Source of the DNA: Bugula neritina
Taxonomy: Eukaryota > Animalia > Bryozoa
Direction: 5' to 3'
Length of the DNA: 64,000 bases
NCBI GenBank assembly: GCA_964035545.1
Contig: OZ037771.1
Span: 10,296,480 to 10,360,479, forward strand
In this document: piece by piece, positions 1-18,000 of the stretch
How positions within the stretch are numbered: position 1 is the stretch's first letter
Layout of the letters: every line of letters starts with the position of its first letter
Translations under genes and position numbers: made by a program
Notes under the pieces: generated by a model
Databases searched by the model: none
What the model was told of the DNA's origin: nothing
The model's input: only the letters and a program-made list of their open reading frames with translations

Positions 1-3000
1 ACATTGTAACAAACTGAAATACACTGTAACACATTGGTATATACTGCAACATACCCAAAAACATGGTAATATACTGAAATATACTGAAATACACTCTAAC
101 ACATTGAAATATACTGCAACATACTGAAAGACACTACAACTCACTGAAGTATAGTGTTATATACGGAAATGTTATGTAACATACTGATATTTACTGTAAC
201 AAGCTGAAATATACTGCAACATACTGAAATACACTGTAACGTACCCAAATAAACTGCAACATACTGCAACATACTGAATTACACAGTAACATACTAAAAT
301 ACACTGCAACATTCTGCAACATACTTCAACATACTGAAATAGACTGTAACATAATGAAATACACTGCAACATACTGCAACATACTGAAATACACTGTAAC
401 ATACTGCAACATACTGAAATACACTGTAACAAACTGAAATACACTGCAACACATTGAAATATACCGCAACACACTGAAATATACTGCAACATACTGAAAT
501 ACACTGTAACGTACCGAAATAAACTGCAACATACTGCAACATACTGAATTACACAGTAACATACTAAAATACACTGCAACATTCTGCAACATACTTCAAC
601 ATACTGAAATAGACTGTAACATAATGAAATACACTGCAACATACTGCAACATACTGAAATACACTGTAACATACTGCAACATACTGAAATACACTGTAAC
701 AAACTGAAACACTCTGCAACACATTGAAATATACCGCAACACACTGAAATATACTGCAACACATCCAAGTACATCGTAATATACGGACATGTACTGTAGC
801 AGACTGAAACACACTGAAACATACTGAAACATACTTAAACATACTGAAATACACTGCAACATACTGCAACATACTGAAGTACACTGTAACGTTTTGAAAT
901 ACACTGCAACACATTGGAATATCTTACAACACACTGAAATATACTGCAACATACTGAAATATACTGCAACATACTGCAACATACTGAAATACACTGTAAC
1001 ATACTGCAACATACTGAAATACACTGTAACAAACCGAAATACACTGCAATACATTGAAATATACCGCAACACACTGGAATATACTGCAACACATCCAAGT
1101 ACATCGTAATATACAGACATGTACTGTAACATACTGAAACATACTGAAACATTCTGAAACAAAATGAAATATACTGTAACACACTGAATAATACTGCAAA
1201 ATGCTGAAATATACTGTAACACAGTGAAGTATACTGCAAAAATCTGAAACATACTGCAACATACTAAAACATGAGCAATATACTGAAAAATGCTTCAACA
1301 TACTCAAATATACTGCAAGATACTGCAACATACGTAAATACACTGTAACATACTGAAATACACTGCAACATACTGCAACATACTGAAGTACACTGCAAAA
1401 TATTGAAACACACTGCAACACATTGGAATATACTGCAACACACTGAAATATTGTGTAACATACTAAATACACTGCAACAAAGCGCATCATACTGAAGTAC
1501 ACTGTACATATTGAAAAACAGTGCAACACATTGAAATATACTTCAACACACTGAAATATACTAAAACATACTGAAATATACTGAAATATACTGCAACATA
1601 CTGAAATATACGGTAACAAACTTAAATAGACTGCAACACATTGGAATAAACTGCAACATACCCTAATATATTGTAATATACTTAGATATACTGCAACATA
1701 CCGCAACATACTGAAATACACTGTAACAAACTGAAATACACTGCAACACATTGGTATATACTGCAACATACCCAAATACATGGTAATATACTTCAACATA
1801 CTGAAATACACCGTAACATAATGAAATACACTGCAACACATTGAAATATACTGCAACAAACTGAAATATACTGCAACATACTGAAATGTACTGCAACATA
1901 CTGAAATACACTGCAACATATCGAAGTATATCGTAATATACGGACATGTACTGTAACATACTGAAACATACTGTAACAAAATGAAATATACTGTAACACA
2001 CTGAGTAATACTGCAAAATGCTGAAATTTACTGTGAAACAGTTAAGTCTACTGCAAAATTCTGAAATATACTGTATTATACTGAAATAGGCCTCAACATA
2101 CTCAAATATACTGCAAGATACTGCAACATACAGAAATACACTGTAACATTCCGGAAAGCACTGCAACATACTGCAACATACTGAAGTACACTGTAACATA
2201 CTGTCATATACTGAAATACACTGCAACAAACTGCAACATACTGAAGTACACTGTACATATTGAAAAACACTGCAAAACACTGAAATGTACTGCAACACGC
2301 TGAAATATACTGCAAAATACTGAAATATACTTCAACATACTGCAACATACTGTACGACACTACAACTCACTGAAGTATAGTGCAATATACAGAAATGTAC
2401 TGTAACATACTGATATTTACTGTAACACACTGAAATATACTGCAACATACTGAAATACACTGTAACATACCGAAATAAGCTGCAACATACTGCAACATAC
2501 TGAAATAGACTGTAACATAATGAAATACACTGCAACATACTGCAACATACTGAAATACACTGTAACATACTGCAACATACTGAAATACACTGTAACGTAC
2601 CGAAATAAACTGCAACATACTGCAACATACTGAATTACACAGTAACATACTAAAATACACTGCAACATTCTGCAACATACTTCAACATACTGAAATAGAC
2701 TGTAACATAATGAAATACACTGCAACATACTGCAACATACTGAAATACACTGTAACATACTGCAACATACTGAAATACACTGTAACATACTGCAACATAC
2801 TGAAATACACTGCAACATACTAAAATACACTGCAACATACTAAAATGCACTGCAACATACTAAAATACAATGCAACATTCTGCAACATACTTCAACATAC
2901 TGAAATACACCGTAACATAATGAAATACACTGCAACACCTTGAAATATACTGCAACGAACTGAAATATACTGCAATATAGTGAAGTGTACTGCAACATAC

Positions 3001-6000
3001 TGAAATACACTGCAACATATCGAAGTATATCGTAATATACGGACATGTACAATAACATACTAAAACATGCTGAAAAATACTGGAACATACTGAAATACAC
3101 AGCAACATACTGCAACATACTGAAGTACACTGTAACATATTGAAATACACTGCAACACATTGAAATTTACTGCAACACACTGAAATATACTGCAACACAT
3201 CAGAGTACATTGTAATATACGGACATGTACTGTAACATACTGAAACATACTGAAACATACTGAAACAAAATGAAATATACTGTAACACACTGAGTAATAC
3301 TGCAAAATGCTGAAATATACTGTAACATACTAAAATACACTGCAACGTTCTGCAACATACTTCAACATACTGAAATACACTGTAACATAATGAAACACAC
3401 TGCAACACATTGAAATATACCGCAACACACTGGAATATACTGCAACACATATAAGTACATCGTAATATATGGACATGTACTGTAACATACTGAAACATAC
3501 TGAAACATACTGAAACAAAATGAAATATACTGTAACACAGTGAAGTATACTGCAATATTCTGAAACCTACTGTAACATACTGAAACATGGGCATTATACT
3601 GAAAAATGCCTCAACATACTCAAATACACTGCAAGATACTGCAACATACGTAAATACACTATAACATACTGAAATACACTGCAACATACTGCAACATACT
3701 GAAGTACACTGTAAAATATTGAAATACACTGCAACACAATGGAATATACTGCAACACACTGAACTATACTGCAACACATTGAAATTTATTGCAACATACT
3801 GAAATACACTGTAACTTGCCAAAATAAACTGCAACATACTGCAACATACTGAAATACACTGTAACATACTAAAATACACTGCAAAAAATCTGCAACATAC
3901 TTCAACATACTGAAATACACTGTAACATAATGAAATACACTGCAACACATTGAAATATACTGCAACACACTGAAATATACTGCAACACATCCAAGTACAT
4001 TGTAATATACGGACATGTACTGTATTAGACTGAAACATACTGAAACATACTGAAACAAAAAATAATATACTGTGACACACTGAGTAATACTGCAAAATGC
4101 TGAAATATACTGTAACACAGTGAAGTATACTGCAAAATTCTGACGCATACTGTAACATACTGAAACATGAGCAATATACTGAAAAATGCCTCAACATGCT
4201 CAAATACACTGCAAGATACTGCAACATACGTAAATACACTGTAAAATATTGAAATACACTGCAACACAATGGAATGTACTGCAACAAACTGAACTATACT
4301 GCAACATACTGAAACATACTGCAACATACTGAAAGACACCACAACTCACTGAAGTATAGTGCAATATACAGAAATGTACTGTAACATACCGATGTTTACT
4401 GTAACACACTTAAATATACTGCAACATACTGAAATACACTGTAACATACCGAAATAAGCTGCAACATACTGCAACATACTGAAATGCACTGCAACATACT
4501 AAAATACACTGCAACATACTAAAATACACTGCAACATTCTGCAACATACTTCAACATACTGAAATAAACCGTAACATAATGAAATACACTGCAACACCTT
4601 GAAATATACTGCAACATACCCTAATATATTGTAATATACTGAAAAATACTACAACATACCGCAACATACTGAAAAACACTGTAACAAACTGAAATACGCT
4701 GCAACACATTGGAATATACTGCAACATACCCAAATAAATGGTAATATACTGAAACATACTGAAATACACTGTAACACATTGAAAAACACTGCAACATACT
4801 GAAACACACTACAACTCACTGAAGTATAGTGTAATTTACTGAAATGTACTGTAACATACTGATATTTACTGCAACACACTGAAATATACTGCAACATACT
4901 GAAATACACTGTAACATACAAAAATAAACTGCAACCTACTGCAACATACCGAAATACACTGTAACATACCAAAATACACTGCAACGTTCTGCAGCATACT
5001 TCAACATACTGAAATACACTGTAACATAAAGAAATACACTGCAACACAATGACGTATACCGCAACACACTGGAATATACTGCAACACATCTAAGTAGATT
5101 GTAATATACGGACATGTACTGTAACATACTGAAACATACTGAAACATACTGAAACAAAATGAAATATACTGTAACACAGTGAAGTATACTGCAATATTCT
5201 GAAACATACTGTAACATACTGAAACATAAGCATTATACTGAAAAATGCCTCAACATACTCAAATACACTGCAAGTTACTGCAACATATGTAAATACACTA
5301 AAACATACTGAAATACACTGCAACATACTGCAACATACTGAAGTACACTGTAAAATATTGAAATTCACTGCAACACAATGGAATATACTGCAACACACTG
5401 AACTATACTGCAACACACTGAAATACATTGCAACATACTGAAATACATTGTAACATACAAAAATAAACTACAACCTACTGCAACATACTGAAATACACTG
5501 TAACATACCAAAATACACTGCAACGTTCTGCAACATATTTCAACATACTGAAATACACTGTAACATAAAAAAATACACTGCAACACAATGAAATATACCG
5601 CAACACACTGGAATATACTGCAACACATATAAGTAGAAGGTAATATACGGACATGTACTGTAACATACTGAAACATACTGAAACATACTGAAACAAAATG
5701 AAATATACTGTAACACAGTGAAGTATACTGCAATATTCTGAAACATACTGTAACATACTGAAACATAAGCATTATACTGAAAAATGCCTCAACATACTCA
5801 AATACACTGCAAGTTACTGCAACATACGTAAATACACTGCAACATACTGAAATACACTGCAACATACTGCAACATACTGAAGTACACTGTAAAATATTGA
5901 AATACACTGCAACACAATGGAATATAGTGCAACACACTGAACTATACTGCAACACCCTGAAATACATTGCAACATACTAAAATACACTGCAACAATCGGC

Positions 6001-9000
6001 AACATACTTCAACATACTGAAATACACTGTAACATAATGAAATACACTCCAACACATTGAAATATACTGCAACACATTGAAATACACTGCAACACCTTGA
6101 AATATACTGCAACAAACTGAAATATACTGCAATATACTGAAGTGTACTGCAACATACTGAAATACAATGCAACATATTGAAGTTTATCGTAATATACGGA
6201 CATGTACTGTAACATACTGAAATATGCTGAAAAATACTGAAATATACTGAAATACACAGCAACATACTGCAACATACTGAAGTACACTGTAACATATTGA
6301 AATATACCGCAACACACTAAAATATACTGCAACACATCCAAGTACATCGTAATATACGGACATGTACTGTAACATACTCAAAAATACTGAAACATACTGA
6401 AACAAAATGAAATATACTTTAGCACACTGAATAATACTGCAAAATGCTGAAATATACTGTAACAAAGTGAAGTATACTGAAAAATTCTGAAATATACTGT
6501 AACATACTGAAACATGAGCAACATACTGAAATGTGCCTCAACATACTCAAATATACTGCAAGATACTGCAACATACGTAAATACACTGCAACATACTGAA
6601 ATACACTGAAACATACTGCAACATACTGAAGTACACTGTAAAATGTTCAAATACACTGCAACACATTGGAATATACTGCAACACACTGAAATGTACTGCA
6701 ACATACTGAAATATATTGCAACATACTGCAACATACTGAAATTCACTGTAACATACTGAAATACACAGCAACATACTGCAACATACTGAAATACACTGTA
6801 ACATACTAAAATACACTGCAACAATCTACAACATACTTCAACATACTGAAATACACTGTAACATAAAGAAATACACTGCAACACATTGAAATATACTGCA
6901 ACACACTGAAATATACTGCAACACACAAGTACATTGTAATATACGGACATGTACTGTAACATACTGAAACATACTGAAACATACTGAAACAAAATATAAT
7001 ATACTGTAACACACTGAGTAACACTGCAAAATGCTGAAGTATACTGTAACACAGTGAAGTATACTGCAAAATTCTGAAACATACTGTAACATACTGAAAC
7101 ATGAGCAATATACTGAAAAATGCCTCAACATACTCAAATACACTGCAAGATACTGCAACATACGTAAAAACACTGTAACATACTGAAATACCCTGCAACA
7201 TACTGCAACATACTGAAGTACACTGTAAAATATTGAAATACACTGCAACACAATGGAATATACTGCAACAAACTGAACTATACTGCAACATACTGAAACA
7301 TACTGAAATAAACCGTAACATAATGAAATACACTGCAACACCTTGAAATATACTGCAATATACCCTAATACATTGTAATATACTGAAAAACACTGCAACA
7401 TACCGCAACATACTGAAAAACACTGTAACAAACTGAAATACGCTGCAACACATTGGAATATACTGCAACATACCCAAATAAATGGTAATATACTGAAATA
7501 TACTGAAATACACTGTAACACAATGAAAAAGACTGCAACATACTGAAACACACTACAACTCACTGAAGTATAGTGTAATATACTGAAATGTACTGTAACA
7601 TACTGATATTTACTGCAACACACTGAAATATACTGCAACATACTGAAATACACTGTAACATACAAAAATAAACTGCAACCTACTGCAACATACTGAAATA
7701 CACTCTAACATACCAAAATACACTGCAACGTTCTGCAACATACTTCAACATACGGAAATGCACTGTAACATAAAGAAATACACTGCAACACAATGAAATA
7801 TACCGCAACACACTGGAATATACTGCAACACATCTAAGTAGATCGTAATATACGGACATGTACTGTAACATACTGAAACATACTGAAACATACTGAAACA
7901 AAATGAAATATACTGTAACACAGTGAAGTATACTGCAATATTTGGAAACATACTGTAACATACTGAAACATAAGTAATATACTGAAAAATGCCTCAACAT
8001 ACTCAAATACACTGCAAGTTACTGCAACATACGTAAATACACTAAAACATACTGAAATACACTGCAACATACTGCAGCATACTGAAGTACACTGTAAAAT
8101 ATTGAAACACACTGCAGCACAATGGAAGAGAGTGCAACACACTGAACTATACTGCAACACACTGAAATACATTGCAACATACTAAAATACACTGCAACAA
8201 TCTGCAACATACTTCAACATACTGAAATACACTGTAACATAATGAAATACACTGCAACACATTGAAATATACTCCAACACACTGAAATATACTGCAACAT
8301 ACTGCAACATACTGAAAGACACCACAACTCACTGAAGTATAGTGCAATATACAGAAATATACTGTAACATACGGATATTTACTGTAACACACTTAAATGT
8401 ACTGCAACATACTGAAATACACTGTAACATACTGAAATAAGCTGCAACATACTGCAACATACTGAAATACACTGCAACATGTTAAAATACACTGCAACAT
8501 ACTAAAATACACTGCAACATTCTGCAACATACTTCAACATACTGAAATACACCGTAACATAATGAAATACACTGCAACACCTCGAAATATACTGCAACAA
8601 ACTGAAATATACGGCAATATACTGAAGTGTACTGCAACATACTGAAATACAATGCAACATATTGAAGTATATCGTAATATACGGACATGTACTGTAACAT
8701 ACTGAAATATGCTGAAAAATACTGAAATATACTGAAATACACAGCAACATACTGCAACATACTGAAGTACACTGTAACATATTGAAATACACTGCAACAC
8801 ATTGAAATACACCGCAACACACTAAAATATACTGCAACACATCCAAGTACATCGTAATATACGGACATGTACTGTAACATACTCAAAAATACTGAAACAT
8901 ACTGAAACAAAATGAAATATACTTTAGCACACTGAATAATACTGCAAAATGCTGAAATATACTGTAACAAAGTGAAGTATACTGAAAAATTCTGAAATAT

Positions 9001-12000
9001 ACTGTAACATACTGAAACATGAGCAACATACTGAAATATGCCTCAACATACTCAAATATACTGCGAGATACTGCAACATACGTAAATACACTGCAACATA
9101 CTGAAATACGCTGAAACATACTGCAACATACTGAAGTACACTGTAAACTATTCAAATACACTGCAACACATTGGAATATACTGCAACACACTGAAATGTA
9201 CTGCAACATACTGAAATATATTGCAACATACTGCAACATACTGAAATTCACTGTAACATACTGAAATACACTGCAAAAAACTGCAACCTACTGAAGCACA
9301 CTGTACATATTGAAAAACACTGCAACACATTGAAATATACTTCAACACACTGAAATATACTAATACATGTTGAAAGATACTGCATCATACTGCAACATAC
9401 TGAAATACACTGTAACAACCTGAAATACACTGCAACACATTGAAAAATACTGCAACATAGTGAAAGACACTACAACTCACTGAAGTATAGTGTAATATAC
9501 GGAGGTGTACTGTAACATACTGATATTTACTGTAACACACTGAAATATACTGCAACATACTGTAATACACTGTAACATACCGAAATAAACTGCAACATAC
9601 TGCAACATTCTGAATTGCACTGTAACATACTAAAATACACTGCAACATACTGCAACATACTTCAACATACTGAAATACACTGTAACATAATGAAATATAC
9701 CGCAACATACCGCAACATACTGAAAAACACTGTAATAAACTGAAATACGCTGCAACACATTGGAATATACTGCAACATACCCAAATAAATGGTACTATAC
9801 GGAAATATACTGAAATACACTATAACACATTGAAAAATACTGCAACGTACTGAAAGACACTACAACTCACTGAAGTATAGTGTAATATACGAAAATGTAC
9901 TCTAACATACTGATATTTACTGCAACACACTGAAATATACTGCAACATACTGAAATACACTGTAACATACCAAAATAAACTGCAACATACTGCAACATAC
10001 TGAAATACACTGTAACATACTAAAATACACTGCAACGTTCTGCAACATACTTCAACATACTGAAATACACTGTAACATAATGAAATACACTGCAACACAT
10101 TGAAATATACCGCAACAGACTGAAATATACTGCAACACATCTAAGTACATCGTAATATACGGACATGTACTGTGACATACTGAAACATACTGAAACATAC
10201 TGAAACAAAATGAAATATACTGTAACACAGTGAAGTATACTGCAATATTCTGAAACAAACTGTAACATACTGAAACATGAGCATTATACTGAAAAATGCT
10301 TCAACATACTCAAATACACTGCAAGATACTGCAACATACGTAAATACACTATAGCATACTGAAATACACTGCAACATACTGCAACATACTGAAGTACACT
10401 GTAAAATATTGAAATACAGTGCAACACAATGGAATATACTGCAACACACTGAACTATACTGCAACATACTGAAACATACTGCAACATACTGAAAGACACC
10501 ACAACTCACTGAAGTATAGTGCAATATACAGAAATATACTGTAACATACCGATATTTACTGTAACACACATAAATATACTGCAACATACTGAAATACACT
10601 GTAACATACTGAAATAAGCTGCAACATACTCCAACATACTGAAATACACTGCAACACACTAAAAATATACACTGCAACATACTAAAATACACTGCAACAT
10701 TCTGCAACATACTTCAACATACTGAAATACACCGTAACATAATGAAATACACTGCAACACCTTGAAATATACTGCAACAAACTGAAATATACTGCAATAT
10801 ACTGAAGTGTACTGCAACATACTGAAATACACTGCAACACATTGAAATATACCGCAACACACTAAAATATACTGCGACACATCCAAGTACATCGTAATAT
10901 ACGCACATGTACTGTAACATACTCAAAAATACTGAAACATACTGAAACAAAATGAAATATACTTCAGCGCACTGAATAATACTGAAAAATGCTGAAATAT
11001 ACTGTAACACAGTGAAGTATAATGCAAAATTCTGAAATATACTGTAAGATACAGAAATATGCCTCAACATGCTCAAATATACTGCAAGATACTGCAACAT
11101 ACGTAAATACACTGTAACATACTGAAATACACTGAAACATACTGCAACATACTGAAGTACACTCTAAAATATTCAAATACACTGCAACACATTGGAATAT
11201 ACTGCAACACACTGAAATGTACTGCAACATACTGAAATCCATTGCAACATACTGCAACATACTGAAATACACTGTAACATACTGCAACATACTTCAACAT
11301 ACTGAAATACACTGTAACATAATGAAATATACCGCAACATACCGCAACATACTGAAAAACACTGTAATAAACTGAAATACGCTGCAACACATTGGAATAT
11401 ACTGCAACATACCCAAGTAAATTGTACTATACTGAAATATACTGAAATACACTGTAACACATTGAAAAATACTGCAACATACTGAAAGACACTACAACTC
11501 ACTGAAGTATAGTGTAATATACGAAAATGTACTCTAACATACTGATATTTACTGTAACACACTGAAATATACTGCAACATACTGTAATACACTGTAACAT
11601 ACCGAAATAAACTGCAACATACTGCAACATACTGAATGGCACTGTAACATACTAAAATACACTGCAACGTTCTGCAACATACTTCAACATACTGAAATAC
11701 ACTGTAACATAATGAAATACACTGCAACATACTGCAACATACTGAAATTCACTGTAACATACTGAGATACACTGCAAAAAACGGCAACATACTGAAGCAC
11801 ACTGTACATATTGAAAAAAACTGCAACACATTGAAATATACTTCAACACACTGAAATATACTAATACATGTTGAAATATACTGCAACATACTGCAACATA
11901 CTGAAATACACTGTAACAACCTGAAACACACTGCAACACATTGAAAAATACTGCAACATAGTGAAAGACACTACAACTCACTGAAGTATAGTGTAATATA

Positions 12001-15000
12001 CGGAGATGTACTGTAACATACTGATATTTACTGTAACACACTGAAATATACTGCAACATAGTGTAATACACTGTAACATACCAAAATAAACTGCAACATA
12101 CTGCAACATACTGAATTACACTGTAACATACTAAAATACACTGCAACATTCTGCAACATACTTCAACATACTGAAATACACTGTAACATAATGAAATATA
12201 CCGCAACATACCGCAACATACTGAAAAACATTGTAATAAACTGAAATACGCTGCAACACATTGGAATATACTGCAACATACCCAAATAAATGGTACTATA
12301 CTGAAATATACTGAAATACACTGTAACACATTGAAAAATACTGCAACATACTGAAAGACACTACAACTCACTGAAGTATAGTGTAATATACGAAAATGTA
12401 CTCTAACATACTGATATTTACTGCAACACACTGAAATATACTGCAACATACTGAAATACACTGTAACATACCAAAGTAAACTGCAACATACTGCAACATA
12501 CTGAAATACACTGTAACATACTAAAATACACTGCAACGTTCTGCAACATACTTCAACATACTGAAATACACTGTAACATAATGAAATACACCGCAACACA
12601 TTGAAATATACCGCAACACACTGGAATATACTGCAACACATCTAAGTACATCGTAATATACGGACATGTACTGTAACATACTGAAACATACTGAAACATA
12701 CTGAAACATACTGAAACAAAATGAAATATACTGTAACACAGTGAAGTATACTGCAATATTCTGAAACATACTGTAACATACTGAAACATGTGCATTATAC
12801 TGAAAAATGCCTCAACATACTCAAATACACTGCAAGATACTGCAACATACGTAAATACACAATAGCATACTGAAATACACTGCAACATACTACAACATAC
12901 TGAAGTACACTGTAAAATATTGAAATACACTGCAACACAATGGAATATACTGCAACACACTGAACTATACTGCAACATACTGAAACATACTGCAACATAC
13001 TGCAACATACTGAAAGACACCACAACTCACTGAAGTATAGTGCAATATACAGAAATATACTGTAACATACCGATATTTACTGTAACACAAATAAATATAC
13101 TGCACCACACTGAAATGTACTGCAACATACTGAAATATATTGCAACATACTGCAACATACTGAAATTCACTGTAACATACTGAGATACACAGCAACATAC
13201 TGCAACATACTGAAATACACTGTAACATACTAAAGTACACTGCAACAATCTACAACATACTTCAACATACTGAAATACACTGTAACATAATGAAATACAC
13301 TGCAACACATTGAAATATACTGCAACACACTGAAATATACTGCAACACACAAGTACATTGTAATATACGGACATGTACTGTAACATACTGAAACATACTG
13401 AAACATAATGAAACATACTGAAACATACTGAAATACACTGTAACATACTAAAATACACTGAAACATTCTGCAACATACTTCAACATACTGAAATACACTA
13501 TAACATAATGAAATACACTGCAACATACTGCAACATACTGAAGTACACTGTAAAATATTGAAATACACTGCAGCACATTGGAATATACTGCAACACACTG
13601 AAATAAACTGCAACATACTGAAATATACTGCAACATACTGCAACATACTGAAATACACTGTAACATACTGCAACATACTGAAAAACACTGCAACATATCA
13701 AAGTATATTGTAATATACAGACATGTACTGTAACATACTGAAACATATTGAAACATACTGAAACATATTGAAACATACTGAAACATACTGAAACATACTG
13801 AAATACACTGTAACAAACTGAAATACACTGCAACAAGTTAGAATATACTGCAACATACCCAAATATATGGTAATATAATGAAATATACTGCAACATACCG
13901 CAACATACTGAAAAACACTGTAACAAACTGAAATACGCTGCAACACATTGGAATATACTGCAACATACCCAAATAAATGGTAATATACTGAAATATACTG
14001 AAATACACTGTAACACATTGAAAAATACTGCAACATACTGAAACACACTACAACTCACTGAAGTATAGTGTAATTTACTGACATGTACTGTAACAGACTG
14101 AAATTTACTGCAACAGACTGAAATATAGTGCAACATACTGATATACACTGTAACTTGCCAAAATAAACTGCAACATACTGCAACATACTGAAATACACTG
14201 TAACATACTAAAATACACTGCAACATTCTGTAACATACTTCAACATACTCAGATACACTGTAACATACTGAAATATATTGAACATACTGCAACATACTGA
14301 AATACACTGTAACGTACTGAAATACAATGCAAAAAACTGCAACATACTGAAGCACACGGTACATATTGAAAAACACTGCAACACATTGAAATATATTTCA
14401 ACACACTGTAATATACTAAAACATGTTGAAATATACTGCAACATACTGCAACATACTGAAATACACTGTAACAACCTGAAATACACTGCAACACATTGAA
14501 AAATACTGCAACATAGTAAAAGACACTACAACTCACTAATGTATAGTGTAATATACGGAAATGTACTGTAACATACTGATATTTACTGTAACACACTGAA
14601 ATATACTGCAACATAATGTATAAAAACTGTAACATACCGAACTAAACTGCAACATACTGCAACATACTGAATTACACTGTAACATACTAAAATACACTGC
14701 AACATTCTGCAACATACTTCAACATACTGAAATACACTGTAACATAATGAAATATACCCCAACATACCGCAACATACTGAAAAACACTGTAACAAACTGA
14801 AATACGCTGCAACGCATTGGAATATACTGCAACATACCCAAATAAATGGTACTATACTGAAATATACTGAAATACACTGTAACACATTGAAAAATACTGC
14901 AACATACTGAATAACACTACAACTCACTGAAGTATAGTGCAATATACAAAAACTTACTCTAACATACTGATATTTACTGCAACACACTGAAATATACTGC

Positions 15001-18000
15001 AACATACTGAAATACACTGTAAGATGCCAAAATAAAATGCAACATACTGCAACATACTGAAATTTACTTCAGCATACTGAAAGACACTGCAACATATCGA
15101 AGTATATCGTAATATACAGACATGTACTGTAACATACTGAAACATACTGAAACATACTGAAATATACTGCAGCATACTTAAATACTTTGTAACATACCGA
15201 AATAAGCTGCAACATACTGCAACATACTGAAATACACTGTAACGTACTAAAATACACTGCAACATACTAAAATACACTGCAACATTCTGCAATATACTAA
15301 AACATACTGAAATACACTGCAACATACTGCAACATACTGAATTACACTGTAACAAACTGAAATACACTGCAACACATTGGAATATACTGCAACATACCCT
15401 AATATATTGTATCATACCGAAACAAACTGCAACATGCTGCGACATACTGAAATATATTGCAACATACTGCAACATACTGAAATACACTGTAACATACTGA
15501 GATACACTGCAAAAAACTGCAACATACTGAAGTACACTGTACATATTGAAAAACACTGCAAAACATTGAAATATACTTCAACACACTGAAATATACTAAA
15601 ACATGTTGAAATATACTGCAACATACTGCAACATACTGCAACATACTGAAATACACTGTAACAAACTGAAATACACTGCAACACACTGTGAAATACTCCA
15701 ACATAGTGAAAGACACTACAACTCACTGAAGTTTAGTGTAATATACGGAAATGTACTTCAACATCTTGAAAAACACTGCAACAAATCGAAGTATATCGTA
15801 ATATACAGACATGTACTGTAACATACTGAAACATACTGACACATCCTGAAATATACTGCAGCATACTTGAATACTTTGTAACATACCGAAATAAGCTGCA
15901 ACATACTGCAACATACCGAAATACACTGCAACACACTGAAATATACTGCAACATACTGAAATGTACTTCAACATACTGAAAAACACTGCAACACATCAAA
16001 GTATATTGTAATATACAGACATGTACTGTGACATACTGAAACATATTGAACCATACTGAAACATACTGAAACATACTGAAACATACTGAAACATACTGAA
16101 ATACACTGTAACAAACTGAAATACACTGCAACAAGTTGGAATATACTGCAACATACCCAAATATATGGTAATATAGTGATATATACTGCAACATACCGCA
16201 ACATACTGAAGAACACTTTAACAAACTGAAATACGCTGCAACACATTGGAATATACTGCAACATACCCAATTAAATGGTAATATACTGAAATATACTGAA
16301 ATACACTGTAACACATATAAAAACACTGCAACATAGTGAAACACACTACAACTCACTGAAGTATAGTGTAATTTACTGAAATGTACTGTAACATACTGAT
16401 ATTTACTGCAACAGACTGAAATATACTGCAACATACTGAAATACACTGTAACATGCCAAAATAAACTGCAACATACTGCAACATACTGAAATACACTGTA
16501 ACATACTAAAATACACTGCAACATTCTGTAACATACTTCAACATACTCAGATACACTGTAACATACTGAAATATATTGCAACATACTGCAACATACTGAA
16601 ATACACTGTATTGTACTGAAATACAATGCAAAAAACTGCAACATACTGAAGCACACTGTACATATTGAAAAACACTGCAACACATTGAAATATATTTCAA
16701 CACACTGTAATATACTAAAACATGTTGAAATATACTGCAACATACTGCAACATACTGAAATACACTGTAACAACCTGAAATACACTGCAACACATTGAAA
16801 AATACTGCAACATAGTGAAAGACACTACAACTCACTAATGTATAGTGTAATATACGGAAATGTACTGTAACATACTGATATTTACTGTAACACACTGAAA
16901 TATACTGCAACATACTGTATAAAAACTGTAACATACCGAACTAAACTGCAACATACTGCAACATGCTGAATTAAACTGTAACATACTAAAATACACTGCA
17001 ACATTCTGCAACATACTTCAACATACTGAAATACACTGTAACATAATGAAATATACCCCAACATACCGCAACATACTGAAAAACACTGTAACAAACTGAA
17101 ATACGCTGCAACGCATTGGAATATACTGCAACATACCCAAATAAATGGTACTATACTGAAATATACTGAAATACACTGTAACACATTGAAAAATACTGCA
17201 ACATACTGAATAACACTACAACTCACTGAAGTATAGTGTAATATACGAAAGCTTACTCTAACATACTGATATTTACTGCAACACACTGAAGTATACTGCA
17301 ACATACTGAAATACACTGTAACATGCCAAAATAAACTGCAACATACTGCAACATACTGAAATGTACTTCAACATACTGAAAAACACTGCAACATATCGAA
17401 GTATATCGTAATATACAGACATGTACTGTAACATACTGAAACATACTGAAACATACTGAAATAAGCTGCAACATACTGCAACATACTGAAATACACTGTA
17501 ACATACTAAAATACACTGCAACATTCTGCAACATACTTCAACATACTGAAATACACTGTAACATAATGGAATACACTGCAACACATTGAGTAATACTGCA
17601 ACACACTGAAATATACTGCAACACATCCAAGTACATTGTAATATACGGACATGTACTGTAACATACTGAAACATACTGAAACATACTGAAACAAAATAAA
17701 GTATACTGTAACACACTGAGTAATACTGCAAAATGCTGAAATATACTGTAACACAGTGAAGTATACTGCAAAATTCTGAAATACACTGCAACACATTGGA
17801 ATATACTGCAACACACTGAAATGTACTGCAACATACTGAAATATATTGCAACATACTGCAACATACTGAAATACACTGTAACATACTGAGATACACTGCA
17901 AAAAACTGCAACATACTGAAGTACACTGTACATATTGAAAAACACTGCAACACATTGAAATATACTTCAACACACTGAAATATACTAAAACATGTTGAAA